From a virus (lineage: Duplodnaviria > Caudoviricetes): DNA of 62,167 nt. Of this stretch, positions 58,985-62,167 are shown piece after piece. The stretch's first letter is position 1, and the number at the start of each line of letters is the position of its first letter. The position numbers and the translations under genes were made by a program. The notes beneath the pieces were generated by a model. That model did not search any database and was not told where the DNA came from. It worked only from the letters and a program-made list of their open reading frames with translations. Where the stretch lies: positions 1-62,167 of IMG/VR virus record IMGVR_UViG_3300037485_002384; one strand, 5' to 3'.

Positions 58985-59655
58985 TGAATTCTTTAAAAAA
59001 TTATATATTATACAGCACCATCATAATTTTAGCTTTAATACTAGTTGTTAGAGAGGGTTGTAATAGAAAATCTGAGGATAAATTAATATCAGATATTACA
59101 AGTTATAAAGACTCTGCTAAAATAGAAAAATTAAAAAACGGTGCCTTAATTTATACAAATACTGCTTTAAAATTAAACTCAGAAAAACAATTGAGAGAAT
59201 TAGCTGCTAGTATAAGTGAGAATGTAAAATTAATACTCAAGAATTTTAAATCTGTGAGTAATGTAACTTACATTACAAATGAATTTAATACATTTGGTGA
59301 TACTGCAAAAAATCAAACTATAATACCATGTGACTTTAAACCTTTTAAAACAAGACATGGCTCTGATAGTACTTATAATTTAGTTATGACAATAGCTAAG
59401 GATTATAATACAGTAGACAGTTTAAATATAAAAGATAGTATTGCTTTAGTTTTTGGAAGGAAGAAAGTTGGATTTATGAAATATGATTATGCTGTAGATA
59501 TAAATCATAGTAACTATTTGATGAAGACAACTAATATTAAAAACTATCAATTTAAACCTGAAAAAAAGTGGTATGAAAAAACTATAACTCATATGGGGAT
59601 TGGTGGTACTGCAGTATTAATTATAATTGAAGGTTTAAAATATCTTATACCATAA
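58984..59655 (+). CDS. spanin-like protein
   Basis: N-terminal TM ending in Cys, coiled coil and beta region, C-terminal KKWYE plus TM. Confidence 0.5.
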   Translation: MNSLKNYILYSTIIILALILVVREGCNRKSEDKLISDITSYKDSAKIEKLKNGALIYTNTALKLNSEKQLRELAASISENVKLILKNFKSVSNVTYITNEFNTFGDTAKNQTIIPCDFKPFKTRHGSDSTYNLVMTIAKDYNTVDSLNIKDSIALVFGRKKVGFMKYDYAVDINHSNYLMKTTNIKNYQFKPEKKWYEKTITHMGIGGTAVLIIIEGLKYLIP

Positions 59656-59658
59656 ATA

Positions 59659-61533
59659 ATGATCATAGAGAATAGAAGTACTGAGATTGGTGATGTTATT
59701 TATATTCAAACTGAAACTCCATTAATAGGACTAGTTGCTCTATTTAGTTTTATAGATGTTGTAGTTGGTGAATCAACAAATAAAGTATTTGATAAAACAT
59801 TTAGGTATTCTGTTGATGGTATTAACTGGTCAGCATTCATAGCATTAACAAATACTAATGTATCAAATGTTCAGGTTCAGGTTAATGATACATTTTATGC
59901 TGAGTATAAATATGAAAGAGTTGGTACAGACCCATCCGGTGATCTTGAATTTGATTCAGTAACTTTAATAGGTGATTTTATAACACCATCAAATGGACCT
60001 GCTTATTCAGCAAGTAACTTTGTAAATTATTTTAATTTCAATAATATATGTTCAATAGCATGGAGTGTAAATGTATTAGATAAGCTATATAATAAAGGTA
60101 TAATCCCTAACTACATAGAAAGAGGTTTATCAGGTGATAATACAACAGATAGAGATTTTATAGACTTCTGGAGGGCCGTAACACATTACTTTGCACTGTA
60201 TGTTTGTTTAGCAAGACAATTTCAATTTTATTATCAAAATAGAGATTTGTTATTAGAATATGTAAAACAGAGAGGTTTAATTGTATGTGATGATATTAGT
60301 TATATTGATCTTATGTATCTAATGGAGTTTCATTATGATGAAATAAGACAAAGAGGGACCAGGCAAGTTTTCGAACAGAAAGCAACTGACACATCTGTAA
60401 CCGGATCTAAGCAAGTTGATGGTGAATACATGAGAATGATCTGTTTTGACAATAGAGATGAGTTTATAAGAAATTTAAATAGAAACGAACATATAGGTTG
60501 GAATATAGGGAATTCAAGTCCCATGTATAAAGGATTACAAGGTGTGCTTGGTGTTAATAAATATTATATAGATTATGTTGCTGATATTGTAAATCTTCAA
60601 AATGATTTAAACTTAACAGACTCATCATACCCATATATATCTCTTTATGATGACTCTAAGAGTAATTCTATAAGTAATTCTATAAGTACATCTATATCCA
60701 CAAATAGTGATCTTGATGCTGTTATAATAAGACCTCCAGGTGTTGGTCAATCAGTCGGGATTGGTGGTGGTGACAGGCGTATAGTTATAAATCCTAACTT
60801 AGATTATGAAATATCATTCTTTGTAAAATGTTCATTTGATACAGATATAAAAATAAAGTTCGGTGTGGTTGCTTATGATAAAAATGATAATGTAATACAA
60901 CTTAGAAGAAACGATAGTTATGTTATCAGTAGTGTATTTTTAAATAATATCACATTAAATCAGCCTGATAAATATTATTTTGTGAGAGGTATCTTATTTA
61001 ATAAAAATAATTACAATGTGTATGACCCTTTAAAATCTTATGATGAAAATACAGTTGTTACTTATTTAGGGTCTTCATATAAATCAAAAAGACAGGTTCC
61101 TGTAAATGGATCTATTTTAAATGATGGTGTTATAGATTCAACACCTGGGGTTACAAGTTCTTTAAGTCCATATTTCTGGGACTTCTGGCAAGTTCTAACA
61201 ACACAGGAAGTAGAAATAAATTATACGACATCACTAGGTCTCGGTGCTAATTTGATACTTCAGGATGATGTTGTAAAAATAGACCCATATATTAATTATG
61301 TAAATACTTTAGGTAGTGTGAATAATTTATATTTACATTCAATGAGAGTTCAACCTTTATCAACTAAATATAGTAAAGGTTTTGTTCAATCGACAAACAT
61401 TCTTGAAATATGGAATACAAACAACAATAAAAACATTTCAGAATCTAATATTAATAAAGACACAAAGCATTTATTAATACCATACAACACTATATTGCAA
61501 AATAATTTTATACCAACTGAAATTAATAGATAG
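59659..61533 (+). CDS. baseplate/tail structural protein
   Basis: 624 aa; EIRQRGT; YDENTVVTY.G..YKS carbohydrate-binding-like module. Confidence 0.55.
   Translation: MIIENRSTEIGDVIYIQTETPLIGLVALFSFIDVVVGESTNKVFDKTFRYSVDGINWSAFIALTNTNVSNVQVQVNDTFYAEYKYERVGTDPSGDLEFDSVTLIGDFITPSNGPAYSASNFVNYFNFNNICSIAWSVNVLDKLYNKGIIPNYIERGLSGDNTTDRDFIDFWRAVTHYFALYVCLARQFQFYYQNRDLLLEYVKQRGLIVCDDISYIDLMYLMEFHYDEIRQRGTRQVFEQKATDTSVTGSKQVDGEYMRMICFDNRDEFIRNLNRNEHIGWNIGNSSPMYKGLQGVLGVNKYYIDYVADIVNLQNDLNLTDSSYPYISLYDDSKSNSISNSISTSISTNSDLDAVIIRPPGVGQSVGIGGGDRRIVINPNLDYEISFFVKCSFDTDIKIKFGVVAYDKNDNVIQLRRNDSYVISSVFLNNITLNQPDKYYFVRGILFNKNNYNVYDPLKSYDENTVVTYLGSSYKSKRQVPVNGSILNDGVIDSTPGVTSSLSPYFWDFWQVLTTQEVEINYTTSLGLGANLILQDDVVKIDPYINYVNTLGSVNNLYLHSMRVQPLSTKYSKGFVQSTNILEIWNTNNNKNISESNINKDTKHLLIPYNTILQNNFIPTEINR
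60661..60696 (+). repeat. 12-bp tandem repeat (agtaattctata x2, agtacatctata) encoding SNSI-SNSI-STSI
   Basis: Read directly. Confidence 0.85.
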
Positions 61534-61566
61534 ATAATTATTATCTTTATAAAATAAATATAAACC

Positions 61567-62167
61567 ATGTCAGAAATAAAAATAAGTCCAAATCAATTTT
61601 TAGAGCAGCAAGAACTTAACCGTTTTAAAAAATTTGTTGATACCGATGGATTTAGATCTATGTTGTTATTAAACTCTAATACATTTGGTTTAATAAGAAA
61701 AAACAATGAGGTTTTCTCAAATGGTTTAATTCAAGAGGATACAGGTTTAACTGTTAAAATAAATGCAATAAGAGCTATAAATAGTGTTGGTAAATTAATA
61801 TCAAACCCGGCTATAACTAATTTAGCAATACCGGCTGACAGTAACTGGTATTGGGTTAAAATTGCATATCAAACAACAACAGAGGAAACAGGTACATTTT
61901 CAATAGATAGTAAAGGTAATTTAGTATGTACATCTAATGATGGTGAATTGTTATCAATAATTAGAGGACAGCCTAATCATCCAAGTAGAATAACATTTAC
62001 GAATGCAGTTAACAATATCATAGAATATGATGTTTTAGAAGTTATTGATAATAATAATGCAGTATTACAAGGGTCATTTTCATCAGAGTCTGATCTTAAA
62101 TTAGCTGTAGTAGGCACATTTACAGCCGGATATGTACCTTTGACTAGTGAGAAATATATATTTCAGT
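61567..62167 (+). CDS. tail/baseplate structural protein, truncated by window end
   Basis: ATG 61567 (MSEIKISPNQFLEQQELNRF...), open to the edge; TATCTTTA promoter at 61542-61549. Confidence 0.7.
   Translation, partial: MSEIKISPNQFLEQQELNRFKKFVDTDGFRSMLLLNSNTFGLIRKNNEVFSNGLIQEDTGLTVKINAIRAINSVGKLISNPAITNLAIPADSNWYWVKIAYQTTTEETGTFSIDSKGNLVCTSNDGELLSIIRGQPNHPSRITFTNAVNNIIEYDVLEVIDNNNAVLQGSFSSESDLKLAVVGTFTAGYVPLTSEKYIFQ

Larger units (their letters stand above)
1..62167 (+). other. Segment of a large myovirus-type (contractile-tailed) phage genome, probable Bacteroidota host
   Basis: Co-oriented terminase, portal, prohead protease, capsid, sheath, tube, baseplate and lysis genes; Bacteroidota-like promoters and SD-less A-rich leaders; no host housekeeping operons or integrase seen. 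Confidence 0.93.

Noticed and set aside
514-61568. Minus-strand and out-of-frame ORFs in the track (e.g. 514-720, 3027-3230, 9860-10042, 14655-14849, 14672-15004, 35158-35400, 50448-50756)
   Set aside because: All overlap longer plus-strand genes, have low-complexity shadow composition and no recognisable motifs
1-62167. Alternative genetic code, tRNA genes, integrase/att sites
   Set aside because: Genes are full length under code 11 with all three stops used; intergenic gaps are short and show no cloverleaf; no recombinase seen

Overview
The whole window is a contiguous, essentially all-plus-strand segment of a large AT-rich tailed phage genome with a contractile tail. The virion gene order resembles SPO1/Twort/A511-type myoviruses: terminase ... 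portal ... prohead protease/scaffold, major capsid, neck, sheath, tube, chaperones, tape measure, baseplate, fibres, lysis. The host is probably a Bacteroidota species. This is inferred from TTG-N~20-TAnnTTTA promoters, A-rich leaders without Shine-Dalgarno sequences and a Bacteroidota-style cold-shock protein. The head module is unusually expanded. It holds (i) a ~9 kb glycan-building and methylating island (several glycosyltransferase folds, 3 SAM methyltransferases, a cupin, a short DegT aminotransferase, Gmd and a Stealth-like protein) bracketed by two paralogous GIY-YIG endonucleases. It also holds (ii) modular proteins built from GGKxxGHTKxGKxIY repeats, separated by hydrophobic-x-K-[AGS] sites like the capsid's predicted maturation site and sharing a KAYExLGL/KAFEILEL motif with the scaffold, i.e. 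a candidate capsid-cargo targeting and processing system, plus a Nudix protein and a ferritin. Two cis-element families were read directly from the sequence: an 11-bp palindrome TATKT-N-AMATA inside 8 promoters, and a CGG motif 23-27 nt upstream of 8 start codons in an otherwise CpG-poor genome. No tRNA, rRNA, CRISPR array or integrase was recognised. All functional calls come from motif recognition by eye, not database searches.
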